Shown one piece after another: positions 29,964 through 39,709 of a stretch of 64,000 nt of DNA (the first letter of the stretch is position 1; the number at the start of each line of letters is the position of its first letter). The stretch spans positions 251,429-315,428 of the forward strand of contig DASWYC010000002.1 of assembly GCA_036405175.1 (NCBI GenBank), given 5' to 3'. The notes under the pieces are model-generated. The model had not been told where the DNA came from and did no database searches. It saw only the letters and a list, made by a program, of their open reading frames with translations. Source of the DNA: Minisyncoccota bacterium (lineage in GTDB: Bacteria > Patescibacteriota > Minisyncoccia > Phycocordibacterales > UBA1006). A program made the position numbers and the translations under genes.

Positions 29964-30098
29964 TTATTTTTTTGAAGTCTTTTTTGCAGCTTTCTTTACT
30001 GCTTTCTTAGCAACCTTCTTGGTAGCTTTTTTAACAGCTTTCTTTACTGCCTTCTTTGCAGCCTTCTTTACTGCTTTCTTAGCTTTTTTTGCAGCCAT
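29964..30098 (-). CDS. Histone H1-like Lys/Ala-rich protein, 44 aa (not in ORF track)
   Basis: Translated by hand: MAAKKAKKAVKKAAKKAVKKAVKKATKKVAKKAVKKAAKKTSKK*. Synonymous codon variation between repeats supports coding. Confidence 0.85.
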   Translation of the reverse strand: MAAKKAKKAVKKAAKKAVKKAVKKATKKVAKKAVKKAAKKTSKK

Positions 30099-30463
30099 AC
30101 GTTTACTTTAGTGTGAAAATAACTTGATTATATATTGCTATATAAAAGTTACGATTAGCTTAGTCGACCGCATGAAAGTATAAATGGTCGATAAAGGCAT
30201 TTATTCTTCATGTGAATATATTGTATGAATAATTTTTTATACTAACAAGATAAAAGGCTGTGTATAACTCAATTTGAAATAAAAATATGCAAATGATTTG
30301 CAAAAGCGCTTTTGCTACTTTTTAGCACTTCTCTTCCCTATTATAAACTTTTTTGTAAAACTCAACTTTCTTTTTACGTCTTTTAAACTTTGACTTCTTC
30401 TTATATTTAAGCTATAAAAGACTAAGTTTAAACTTAATATGTAACAAAAAACCAATTATCATA

Positions 30464-30838
30464 ATGCAGGTACCTGATATGAAAGTCATTCTACTGGGAG
30501 GTATTCCTCAGTATGTAGAACAAGTATCTAAGATTTTTAAAGAGAATAGTCGGAAGATCTTAGATATCATCCTGGAAGTAACCTTTAGCGATATTGTTGA
30601 AGAAGAACCTATTCCGGGCGGTATACGGTGGACACTTTGTTCCCATATAAATCCCAGTCGAGACAGAAGAGTCATGATCTCGTTCTTCTATACAGGAGAA
30701 ATATCTATGGTGCCAACTTCTTCTTTAGAGACAACGGATGAATCCTCTGAAACAACGCTTCGTTACAAGACCAGTTTCGTACGCGAAATGGTAAAGTTCA
30801 TGGCGGACGTTATGTCTATTCTCTATCCTTCTGGATAA
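30464..30838 (+). CDS. Orphan hypothetical protein
   Basis: 124 aa; TTGACT-17-TATAAA promoter at 30390-30418; terminator near 30856-30878. Confidence 0.6.
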   Translation: MQVPDMKVILLGGIPQYVEQVSKIFKENSRKILDIILEVTFSDIVEEEPIPGGIRWTLCSHINPSRDRRVMISFFYTGEISMVPTSSLETTDESSETTLRYKTSFVREMVKFMADVMSILYPSG

Positions 30839-31008
30839 GTCCTAATACTTACGGAAGCCTCTTTACGAGGCTTTTTCTTATAAAAGATATATTTTATAGC
30901 ACATTTCTCCGCCATACAGCCGGTTCCTTGTACTAGGCGGTGCTTATTTGCAAAATACCCCATATCATGGTATTATTTGCCCACAGTAACGTATTTATAT
31001 AAATCACT

Positions 31009-31281
31009 ATGGCACATAGAAAAGCGGGGGGAACAGCGAGAAGCTTTAGAGATTCTAATCCTCAGTACCTCGGAACCAAAAAATACGGCGGAGAAAAAGT
31101 ACAACCTGGAAATATTATTATTCGCCAGCGCGGTACTAAGATCCTCGCAGGAGCCAATACCGATCTTGGATCTGACCACACTATCTACGCAACCAAAGAA
31201 GGATACGTGGTATACGGAACTAAGCGTGTACAACACTTCGACGGAACCGTAAAAATCAAGAAGATTGTTTCCGTTCAATAA
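31009..31281 (+). CDS. rpmA: 50S ribosomal protein L27
   Basis: [29 protein letters not shown]. Confidence 0.97.
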   Translation: MAHRKAGGTARSFRDSNPQYLGTKKYGGEKVQPGNIIIRQRGTKILAGANTDLGSDHTIYATKEGYVVYGTKRVQHFDGTVKIKKIVSVQ

Positions 31282-31314
31282 TCTTCAATCATAAAAGCCA
31301 CAGAAATGTGGCTT

Positions 31315-31755
31315 TTATGATACCTGGATCTTTAAATTGGTCGTTTGCTTATCTAAACAATGAATCTTTACCGTTGATTCCCCTATCTTATGGATTGGTT
31401 CATCCAGTAGTACATCTGATTCTTTGACACTCATCTTAAACTGTTTAAGAATTTCTTCCACAATTACTTTCTTGGTAATTGATTTATACAATGTACCTTG
31501 CGGGGTTTTTTCTGCATGAACACTCAGTGTTTTATTATTAAGAAGATCATGACGCTTCTGCTTGAGCTGCTCACCTTCTTCCTGTGCATGCTGGCGTTTC
31601 TTATCCTGCTGAGCTTTCTCATTAATCACCTGAGCAGTAGCTGGTTCTGCCATCTTCTTAGGAAAGAGCATGTTCCGAGCTTGTCCCTCGCTCACTTCTT
31701 TAATATCTCCTTTTTGCCCCATTCCTTTAATATTTTGCAGTAGTCGCACTTTCAT
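31315..31755 (-). CDS. rplI: 50S ribosomal protein L9
   Basis: MKVRLLQNIKGMGQKGDIKEVSEGQARNMLFP. Confidence 0.93.
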   Translation of the reverse strand: MKVRLLQNIKGMGQKGDIKEVSEGQARNMLFPKKMAEPATAQVINEKAQQDKKRQHAQEEGEQLKQKRHDLLNNKTLSVHAEKTPQGTLYKSITKKVIVEEILKQFKMSVKESDVLLDEPIHKIGESTVKIHCLDKQTTNLKIQVS

Positions 31756-31843
31756 ATAGTCTCATTATTACGTAATTCTCTTCTAAAAACAAGAAACCCT
31801 CATGCTTTTACAAGTATGAGGGTGATGCAGACAAAAACACGTT

Positions 31844-32119
31844 TTATCTATTCCGCGGTCCACTTAAGACAACAAGTCCGTTTTTAAAACAATCAATACC
31901 CCACAACTCTTGGCGAAGCCGAAAGGTAACATTCATTGTTTGTTTAAGCGCCAATATCTGTTGTGGATGAAATTTAGGAAAATCAACCCCTATCGGCTGA
32001 TGAACATCAATGAATCTTAGAATCTCAATAAGATTTCCCTTAATCTCTTCAGGAATCTTCATGACTTTTAAGATCACCGTCGTGCTTCTATTAATGCCTA
32101 TGGATAACTTATTCAGCAT
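31844..32119 (-). CDS. Orphan hypothetical protein
   Basis: 91-aa ORF between two terminators, with an AAAAACC leader. Confidence 0.5.
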   Translation of the reverse strand: MLNKLSIGINRSTTVILKVMKIPEEIKGNLIEILRFIDVHQPIGVDFPKFHPQQILALKQTMNVTFRLRQELWGIDCFKNGLVVLSGPRNR

Positions 32120-32197
32120 GGCGATATCTGGTTTTTAATTTTATTCACTGTATCAGACTTTATATAAAAATAAAACCACCCTGTCGGGTGGTTTAGT

Positions 32198-33427
32198 TTA
32201 TTTCTTTAATAATTCAATTGCTTTATCCAACTGAGGATCTTTCTTTCTATCTCGATCTTTTAGTTGCTCTTCGGTAAGCTTTACCTCGTAATCAGGAGTG
32301 ATTCCCTTCTTAGAAATCTGATGATTATCTGGGGTGAGCCACTGTGCGATCGTAATTTTAACCGCAGAACCATTTCCAACACTCATAAGCTCTTGTACTG
32401 ATCCTTTCCCAAACGTAGTTGTTCCTACTAATTGCGCACGATCATTTTCATTTAATGCACCTGCAAGAATTTCTGCTGCTGATGCTGATCCGCCATCAAC
32501 CAGTAATACTACCGGAAGAGATTTTGAAACGGTGCTGTATCCGTATGAAACATGATCAATATTCTTTTTCTTGCCTCCAAAGTCTTCTTTAACAATCACC
32601 GCATTCTTTGGAAGGAAGTGACTGGCAATATCAATAGCTGAAGAGAGCAAGCCTCCTGGATTACCCCGAAGATCAATGATCAATCCCTTTGGATTAGTTT
32701 TAAGAGCGTTATTGAGTGCAGTTTTAAAGAGTGCTGCAGAATCCATTGAGAAACTCGTCAGTTGAATTTCATAGATTCCATTTTCAAGCTGCTTCTCTAC
32801 TACGATTGGAACTTTAATGATCTCACGTACAATCGTCACATCAAATGGTTCAGCTCCTTCGCGCACGATAGTGAGTGTAACAGCCTTCCCTTCCTTTCCG
32901 CGAATCTTTTGGAGTGCCTGCTGGATATTAATATTAAGCGCATCTTCTCCATCAATCTTGGCAATAATATCTTTTGGTCGAAGACCTGCACGTTCTGCCG
33001 GGCTTCCCTTCATAGGAGTAATAATAGTGAGTACGCCGTTGATTGAATCAATCTCGGTTCCAATACCGCCAAACTCTCCTTGAATCTCTTGTTCAAATAA
33101 ACGAGCTTCTGTTGGTGAGAAATACATAGTGTATGGATCCTCGTACGATGCAGTCAGTCCACGAATGGCGTTATATACCTTTTCCTGATTGTCCGGCTGC
33201 TTAAATGGATATTTATCGCGCAAAAGCTGCCATACTTGCCAGAATTCGCCAAAGTCAGCAGAAACGGTCTTAGGAACAGCAACACTTGTTACCCCTTCAA
33301 CCTTATTTACTTTCACAAGTTCTTTTGATGAGCCCACCTTAACGCCAACCAAGAAAATGGCAATCATTAAGATGAATGAGCCCGCACCGATAGCTGAAAT
33401 ATGTGGAATTTTGTCTTTGATCTTCAT
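32198..33427 (-). CDS. S41 C-terminal processing peptidase (CtpA-like)
   Basis: DPYT, PDZ domain, DLRGNPGG, SASAAEI, TFGKGSVQ. Confidence 0.95.
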   Translation of the reverse strand: MKIKDKIPHISAIGAGSFILMIAIFLVGVKVGSSKELVKVNKVEGVTSVAVPKTVSADFGEFWQVWQLLRDKYPFKQPDNQEKVYNAIRGLTASYEDPYTMYFSPTEARLFEQEIQGEFGGIGTEIDSINGVLTIITPMKGSPAERAGLRPKDIIAKIDGEDALNINIQQALQKIRGKEGKAVTLTIVREGAEPFDVTIVREIIKVPIVVEKQLENGIYEIQLTSFSMDSAALFKTALNNALKTNPKGLIIDLRGNPGGLLSSAIDIASHFLPKNAVIVKEDFGGKKKNIDHVSYGYSTVSKSLPVVLLVDGGSASAAEILAGALNENDRAQLVGTTTFGKGSVQELMSVGNGSAVKITIAQWLTPDNHQISKKGITPDYEVKLTEEQLKDRDRKKDPQLDKAIELLKK

Positions 33428-33532
33428 GGGAAGATTATATCATTTTTTAAATCGTGATTAAAGTAGTTTTTTGAAAACAAAAAGTCGCATATTTATTGTA
33501 AATATGCGACTCAATAACATCAAACTTGAATG

Positions 33533-34012
33533 TTACCTTTTCCAAACTCGGTGCTGAACGCTAATTAAGAGTCCCAGGGTAAAGTATTTACCTTGCTTGA
33601 AATCAGTGCCCAACTCTGCCAAAATGAAACACTTTATTCCTTCCTTATCAGCATCTCCGACTTTAGTCATGCGCTCAATTCCCCATCCGAGATATTGACC
33701 ACGAGTGGAAATACTTTTTGAATAGAAGAGGTAGGTATCCCACCCATTCTTTAAGAAGTATCCATTTAAAGAGTTTAGAGAATTATTTGATGTTCCATAC
33801 AAAATACTGTGGTATGTTTTTGGAGTCATCATTAAGATATTCAGTGACAAATTCATGCCAACATTGAATGGCTTCTCAACAGTCTTGAAGTCGGTAGTTG
33901 AAGCAAGTGATGATACTGCTCCGACTGTTACCTTTTGAAAAATTTTCAAAGAGTCAGCTTTTTGAGCTAATGCGGTGTTAGCAATAAGTAATAAAAATAT
34001 TATTTTTTTCAT
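33533..34012 (-). CDS. Orphan secreted beta-rich protein
   Basis: Signal peptide ending ALA-Q; perfect TTGACA-17-TATAAT promoter at 34059-34087. Confidence 0.65.
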   Translation of the reverse strand: MKKIIFLLLIANTALAQKADSLKIFQKVTVGAVSSLASTTDFKTVEKPFNVGMNLSLNILMMTPKTYHSILYGTSNNSLNSLNGYFLKNGWDTYLFYSKSISTRGQYLGWGIERMTKVGDADKEGIKCFILAELGTDFKQGKYFTLGLLISVQHRVWKR

Positions 34013-34094
34013 CCTCTTGAGAGTTTAGATTGGTTTTATTGTAAATATTGATACTAGTATTATATCATATATGCCATACTATGTCAATATCATC

Positions 34095-35402
34095 TTATTG
34101 TTGTACTTTCTCTTCTTTTTTCACCAAATCATCTCCAAACGCAGTATATGCTTTTTCTGTATAGACATTATTAGGGCTCCACACCATAAATCCTTTTGTT
34201 CCATGTAATGAGACTGCGCGCAACTGATCAACTACTTCTTTGACACCATACTTCTCTTTTAAGCTAAAATCTTGAATCCATGGACGGATTTTTCTAAACT
34301 CATGCTTGGTAAGCTCAGACTTATTGTACGCATCCTGCATCACTTTAGTAATAGTTTCAAATGGATGCTTTTCTGGATCTTTAATCCCCACTGAACCGCT
34401 TGTATAGTGTGATGGATAGATCATGGGTGCAACATAATCAAAATTATCGAGTGCAATAGCAAGATTTTGTCCAATACCGATATCATCTTCTGTAGTTAGT
34501 AATCCAAAGATATCAACTGAGCTGGTTATCTTTTCTTCCTTTAAGCCTTTATTAAGATGTTTAAAAAATGCCTCGATCACATCTTTTTTAGTATCTTCTC
34601 CAGTTGATGGATATACTAACGTGTATGCACTACTCGTTTCTGTTGGATAGCGAACATAATCAAAATTAATCTCATCAAACCCATATGATTTGCCGAGCTT
34701 TGCAATATTCAAAACATAATCCCATGTTGGCTTATACCCAGGATCAATCCATGATACGTTTTTACGATCTTTCCACGGCTTCTTAGTTATACTATTTTGA
34801 ATGGCGCTTTCTGGAATCTTTTGTGTATAAATATTATCTTGAAATACTGCAATACGACCAATTACATAAATTCCTTTCTGATGAAGCGTATCTACAAATG
34901 ATTTAATATCCTGAATCCTCACCTGCTTATTCTCATTTGCATATGGATAGAGTGGTGAATCTTTTGGTACTGGTACGGAAATCACTCCTGTCTCATCTTT
35001 AAGATCAATAATAATGGCATTAATCACCGGAGACTTGTCCACCATATTCACCAACTGAGTTCTTTTTTGAATCGTACTTCCCACCCATGAGGTCATATAG
35101 ACAGCACGAATCTCATCACTGTTTGGTAACTCATAATGAGTTACTGGTGCCGTTGTTTTTGTCATCACAATAGGATTTTTACTCTGCGGCTGCCCTTCTG
35201 CAAACGCAATAACCGTTCCGCGTAGTTGTTCAGCGGTAAATGTTTTAAAGGTATCTTCTTGCGAGAGTGGCTGTGCCTCATTTTGGGAAGGTTTAATAGC
35301 ATATGTGCGAGATACATGCAAAAATCGCGCAGCGCCCACCAAAAGCGCAAGAATGATCAAAACTTCACAGGCAATAAAAATCTTATTAATCGAGGACTTC
35401 AT
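34095..35402 (-). CDS. Putative glycoside hydrolase (DUF4015-like)
   Basis: IIDLKD, RIAVFQD, GFDEINFDYVRYP, PMIYPSHY, RPWIQDF. Confidence 0.85.
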   Translation of the reverse strand: MKSSINKIFIACEVLIILALLVGAARFLHVSRTYAIKPSQNEAQPLSQEDTFKTFTAEQLRGTVIAFAEGQPQSKNPIVMTKTTAPVTHYELPNSDEIRAVYMTSWVGSTIQKRTQLVNMVDKSPVINAIIIDLKDETGVISVPVPKDSPLYPYANENKQVRIQDIKSFVDTLHQKGIYVIGRIAVFQDNIYTQKIPESAIQNSITKKPWKDRKNVSWIDPGYKPTWDYVLNIAKLGKSYGFDEINFDYVRYPTETSSAYTLVYPSTGEDTKKDVIEAFFKHLNKGLKEEKITSSVDIFGLLTTEDDIGIGQNLAIALDNFDYVAPMIYPSHYTSGSVGIKDPEKHPFETITKVMQDAYNKSELTKHEFRKIRPWIQDFSLKEKYGVKEVVDQLRAVSLHGTKGFMVWSPNNVYTEKAYTAFGDDLVKKEEKVQQ

Positions 35403-36600
35403 ACCGCTTAGTATACCCTACGCGCGGAGCGGTATCTTCCCCATGTTCTGGAAGTGTCTTGCGGATAATACGCCGCTTAAGAATGCCGGTAGGAGTTTTA
35501 AGAGGTGCAGGCTCAGATAATGGCACCTGTTGAGCTGGTTCTGGAGAAAAGACACGCTGAGGTTCTTGAGGTACTACTGGTGTAGGCTCAATTTCTTCAC
35601 TATCAAGTATTTCATACGCAGGCATAGTTTCTTCTTGAATATGAGGTTGTGGTGGGACAACTTCATCTTCTTGTGAAAGCGCAGAGCGTTTAGTGCGACG
35701 ACGTGGCGGCTTAATAACAAACGCTTCAATCTCGTTTTCTGAAAGATCTGGATATTGCTCATCTTCTTCGACCTCTTCAATGGGAGTAACTTTTTTTACG
35801 GGAGCTTTTTTAGCAGTTATGCGTCCAAAAATAACCCGCTCTTCAGATGCTTGTGGCACAGATACTTGTTCTTGCGGATCGGCTATGAATGCATTGTTGT
35901 ATTCAGAAACTTCTTCAGGTTCACTATCAATAATAGGCTCATCTTCCTGAGCTGTTTGCGGTGCAGGCTCTTCAATAATAGCTTGTGTGATTTCTCTAAA
36001 CACCTCATCAACAATCTCATCAGGATTATCAGAAACAGACACGATTTCTTCTTCAGTAGCTTCTTCTTGCAATGCAGCCGGCCCACGTTCAATTAAATCT
36101 CTCAACGATGGACGTGGTGCACGAGGTTGAACGGGTTCTATATATACAACATCTTGTGGCTCCCCTAAAACTTCTTCTTCATAACGAGGCGCAAATGAAG
36201 TTTCTTCCCGTTGATGCGTTAATTGATCCAAAAACTCTGGACGCTTGATAGTTGGAATCTTGGCATACTTTCTGAGTGATGAAATCCCCGCAACAATGCT
36301 TCGTGATGCATCAACAATTGTTTTGGTGTAGGACGAACGAGTAATCACTCTTCGTGGTGCCTCAGTACGCGCTGCAGCCTCAACCAACTTTTCTTCTTGA
36401 ATCATTTCCTCAGTAACCACAACGCTTGTTGTCTTTGATGATGCAACCGATGATTGATAGAGTGCAAAGAGCGCACCAATAATAATCAGCCCTAGAATAA
36501 TAGCAATCACAAGCGTTGTCTGGTACGAAAGCCCAATAAAAAGAGTAACAATCAAGAGCAGCGTTGCTCCACCAATTACTTTCAAGAGCCAGATTTTCAT
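35386..36600 (-). CDS. Hypothetical membrane protein with long acidic Pro/Glu-rich tail
   Basis: Two N-terminal TMs followed by a low-complexity region. Confidence 0.7.
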   Translation of the reverse strand: MKIWLLKVIGGATLLLIVTLFIGLSYQTTLVIAIILGLIIIGALFALYQSSVASSKTTSVVVTEEMIQEEKLVEAAARTEAPRRVITRSSYTKTIVDASRSIVAGISSLRKYAKIPTIKRPEFLDQLTHQREETSFAPRYEEEVLGEPQDVVYIEPVQPRAPRPSLRDLIERGPAALQEEATEEEIVSVSDNPDEIVDEVFREITQAIIEEPAPQTAQEDEPIIDSEPEEVSEYNNAFIADPQEQVSVPQASEERVIFGRITAKKAPVKKVTPIEEVEEDEQYPDLSENEIEAFVIKPPRRRTKRSALSQEDEVVPPQPHIQEETMPAYEILDSEEIEPTPVVPQEPQRVFSPEPAQQVPLSEPAPLKTPTGILKRRIIRKTLPEHGEDTAPRVGYTKRYEVLD

Positions 36601-36754
36601 ATCTCTATTGTATCAAGTTTTGGGCCAGGAGACATCTTTATTGACGCTAGTGTCACAGTATGCCAATATAAAGATCTGGGTTTTGTCTCAATCCTCATTA
36701 CTCCCACCCCTGACGTACAAATTTTGTTCAGTTCAGGGGTTTTTATATTCACTT

Positions 36755-37462
36755 TTACTTTTTAGGCGGAAGTACCGTAATAGCAAACTCTCCCTTAATG
36801 TTTTCTCCAAAAGCAGCTTTAAGTTGATCAGTAATCCCATCTGGCGCTCCGTGGTATATAGTTTCGTGAAGCTTAGTGAGCTCTCGTCCAATAACAAGCG
36901 TGCAGTTGATTTCTTGCAAATCTTTGAGGAGCTTTAAAATTCCATGCGGACTTTCATAAAGCACAACGTTATATTCAAGTTCTTCAATCAAATGTTTAAT
37001 TTCTTTAAGCTTGGTTTGACGCCCTTTCTTTTTTGGCAGGAAGCCAATAAATACGATGGGTTCTTCGCCAATAATGCCTGAGATAGAAATTTGTGCCGCA
37101 AGTGCTGAAACGCCCGGAATCGGTTCTATAATGGTTTCTGGTGAGTTAGTGCGAATATAGTGAACCAAAAATCCCCCAGGATCAGATACACCTGGTGTTC
37201 CTGCATCAGAAATATATGACACGTGTTCGCCTTTATTGAGGCGCTCGATGATTTCTTCAAAAACTTTACGCTCAGAAAATTCATGCAACGAGTGACATGA
37301 GGTGGTAATGTCAAAATGCATCAATAGTTTTTTACTATTACGTGTGTCTTCTGCAAAAATAACATCGGACACTTTGAGAGTTTCAACCGCACGTGGCGTC
37401 ATATCACCTAAATTACCAATAGGCGTAGCAACAATAGAAAGTTTTCCGGTTGAATTATTCAT
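36755..37462 (-). CDS. rsmI: 16S rRNA (C1402-2'-O)-methyltransferase
   Basis: VATPIGNLGDMTPRA, AEDTR, SDAGTPGVSDPG, RELTKLHE. Confidence 0.95.
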   Translation of the reverse strand: MNNSTGKLSIVATPIGNLGDMTPRAVETLKVSDVIFAEDTRNSKKLLMHFDITTSCHSLHEFSERKVFEEIIERLNKGEHVSYISDAGTPGVSDPGGFLVHYIRTNSPETIIEPIPGVSALAAQISISGIIGEEPIVFIGFLPKKKGRQTKLKEIKHLIEELEYNVVLYESPHGILKLLKDLQEINCTLVIGRELTKLHETIYHGAPDGITDQLKAAFGENIKGEFAITVLPPKK

Positions 37463-38204
37463 AGGTATAGGTTTCAAGGTTTACACGATCAAACTCAATT
37501 AAATTCTTTTCATCAAGATTATACGCAGCATTTTGATATTTGTTTTCGGGCCAATCCAATTTAAATGGATTAAGCTGCATCAGATAAATAAGTGCTTTTG
37601 GTTGCTTTCCTGGATAACACCATAGGATCCACTTTTGATGATCTTGAATGAAGTCATTTGGAAGTCTCACTTTTCCTCTAGAAAGTAGATAAAACATCAA
37701 ATGTTCCTCTAAGAAGAAATTGACTTGATTCTCAGTTAACTCACGCTTAAAAAAGTCAGCATCTTCTTTTATATATTGCTGAAATTTTTCATCCTGCTTA
37801 TAAAGACTTTTTATTTCACTAAGTTTAATATTAAAATTTACAGTACCAAGATACATCTGGTTCCATACCATATAATTAAAAGCATTTTGAATCTGAAATT
37901 GCGTAGTATTTTTACTCAGTAATTTTGACATTTCATTCTTATGATTAATAACTTGAGTCATAAACGTATTTTTAAGCTCTGCTGCTGGCTTATCAGAACT
38001 TAGATACAGAAAGTCCCCGTAGACGAAGTTGAGTCCAACTAATGGTTTAGAAATTTTAGATGGAGAAAGATGACGTATATCCTTCAAGCATTCTGGCGCA
38101 CTTTGACGATTCAAAATACGACTCATCGAAATTGGAAACAGTAAAATCCCCTTCTCTGCCGGAAATTTATTAATGTCAAAGAATTCATTCTCTACTCGAT
38201 TCAT
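37455..38204 (-). CDS. Probable tRNA-dependent cyclodipeptide synthase (XYP subfamily)
   Basis: ~250 aa; LLFPISMS (catalytic Ser region), FFLEE, WCYPG motifs. Confidence 0.7.
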   Translation of the reverse strand: MNRVENEFFDINKFPAEKGILLFPISMSRILNRQSAPECLKDIRHLSPSKISKPLVGLNFVYGDFLYLSSDKPAAELKNTFMTQVINHKNEMSKLLSKNTTQFQIQNAFNYMVWNQMYLGTVNFNIKLSEIKSLYKQDEKFQQYIKEDADFFKRELTENQVNFFLEEHLMFYLLSRGKVRLPNDFIQDHQKWILWCYPGKQPKALIYLMQLNPFKLDWPENKYQNAAYNLDEKNLIEFDRVNLETYTYE

Positions 38205-38241
38205 GAGAAAAATATACAATACTTTCTAGATTATGTAAATA

Positions 38242-38910
38242 TTAGTTAACTCTGAAGATTTTCCCCGCTGGTGGATAGATTTTAATCAGTGGATCTTGAG
38301 AAGTATCGTAGGGTTTTGCGGGAGCCAATCGTCGCCCATAGGCAATAAACTTATGAGGTGCATCAATCCAGGTCTCTTTTGGAATTACTTCCAATAAATC
38401 CTTCTCGATCTTTTCTACTTCTGTATGATCGGTGAGATTATATCTAAGAGCAAAACGCTTTACATGCGTATCAACCGGCATTCCAGTGGCGATATTAAAT
38501 GCATACGCACGCACCACCTGAGCCGTCTTGCGCCCCACTCCAGCAAGTTTAGTAAGCTCATTAATTTCTTGAGGTACTTCTCCATTAAATTCTTCAAGGA
38601 GTTGTTGTGAAAGTTTGATAATATTTTTAGCCTTTGCTTTATAAAATCCGGTTTGATAGACAATCTTCTCAACATCAGCAAGATCAGCTTTTGCTAACTT
38701 TTGAGGTGTTGGATACTTTTTGAACAACACCGCAGTTACCTCATTCACCTTTTTATCCGTACATTGTGCAGAGAGTGCAACCGAGACTACTAGTTCCCAT
38801 GGATTCTTCCAATGAAGCTCTGTGTGGCGATCTTCCGGATAGAGTTTTTTGAGTTCCTTCCAAAGAAGTTTAAATCGTTGCTGGCGTTCTTTGAGGAGTT
38901 CTGATTTCAT
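38242..38910 (-). CDS. nth: Endonuclease III (HhH-GPD), lacking the C-terminal Fe-S cysteines
   Basis: LSAQCTDKKVN, LAGVGRKTA, VDTHVKR. Confidence 0.9.
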   Translation of the reverse strand: MKSELLKERQQRFKLLWKELKKLYPEDRHTELHWKNPWELVVSVALSAQCTDKKVNEVTAVLFKKYPTPQKLAKADLADVEKIVYQTGFYKAKAKNIIKLSQQLLEEFNGEVPQEINELTKLAGVGRKTAQVVRAYAFNIATGMPVDTHVKRFALRYNLTDHTEVEKIEKDLLEVIPKETWIDAPHKFIAYGRRLAPAKPYDTSQDPLIKIYPPAGKIFRVN

Positions 38911-38969
38911 AATTGGAATATATCACGCTTAAGGCATAACAAAAAGGCAGATCAACTGCCTTACTTTTG

Positions 38970-39635
38970 TTAAAGTTCTATAGACCCGTAAATACATGAG
39001 GATTGTTTTAAGTACACAGCCCACATACGATCACCCCAGCAAAAGTGCCACCACTCGCCAGGGTACCACACGAATTGTTCTCTCCTCATTGTTTCCCTTA
39101 AGATTTCTCTATTTTTCTGCTGCAACTCTGTAATACCTTTTGACAGCATAGGATGATTTACCCGATCTTCCTTACTTGCAATATTAAGATAGGGTGTTCC
39201 CATATCTAATAAGGTGCCGTCTTTACGTGCCAGTGTTACGTCAACAGCACCACCACAGTGATGGTTTGCCAGCTGAGTAGGCTTGGCTACCAAAAGCCGT
39301 ACAATCTTTTCAATATCATCGTCCGATAAAGCAGAATTTGACTGCTTCACTTTTAGCCATTCCCTATCCCAACTTTTCTGTTGAGATTCCAGTGTTCGAT
39401 AACCCTCAATTACTACTAATTGTAGATCTAATTGAGAGCTGAGGTAATTCCCAATCCGATAAAGTTTATCCGCGATTGTTCTACGTACAAAAAATATTGG
39501 ACTATTAACGCCAAATCCAGTTCCTTTTATGAGTCCAGGGATTTTTTGTAATTCAACGAGAGGTTCATTATTTTCATTAATAACAATACCCTCCCAATCA
39601 TTGCGAGATAGTACATGTTCTATTTGTGTTTTCAT
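38970..39635 (-). CDS. M15 family D-Ala-D-Ala dipeptidase (VanX/DdpX-like)
   Basis: EGYR..Q, HHCGGAVD, DMGT, EWWHF. Confidence 0.88.
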   Translation of the reverse strand: MKTQIEHVLSRNDWEGIVINENNEPLVELQKIPGLIKGTGFGVNSPIFFVRRTIADKLYRIGNYLSSQLDLQLVVIEGYRTLESQQKSWDREWLKVKQSNSALSDDDIEKIVRLLVAKPTQLANHHCGGAVDVTLARKDGTLLDMGTPYLNIASKEDRVNHPMLSKGITELQQKNREILRETMRREQFVWYPGEWWHFCWGDRMWAVYLKQSSCIYGSIEL

Positions 39636-39709
39636 TTGATTCTATTTAAAGGTTTTTAACAATTGATACTCCTCACCTTACCAGATTATTCTATTTTTTC
39701 AACTGTCTG

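Noticed and set aside
29964-30098. Short-period DNA repeat or CRISPR-like array
   Set aside because: Explained by the Lys/Ala-repeat protein with synonymous variation; no spacers and no cas genes in the window.
29439-30267. Isolated DnaA-box-like 9-mers (oriC?)
   Set aside because: Few and scattered, no dnaA/dnaN nearby, and genes converge rather than diverge here.
38221-38241. ACTTTCTAGA-TTATGTAAAT resembling Firmicute dif arms
   Set aside because: The 6-bp central spacer is missing. A similar near-match at 29390-29417 also has the wrong spacing.
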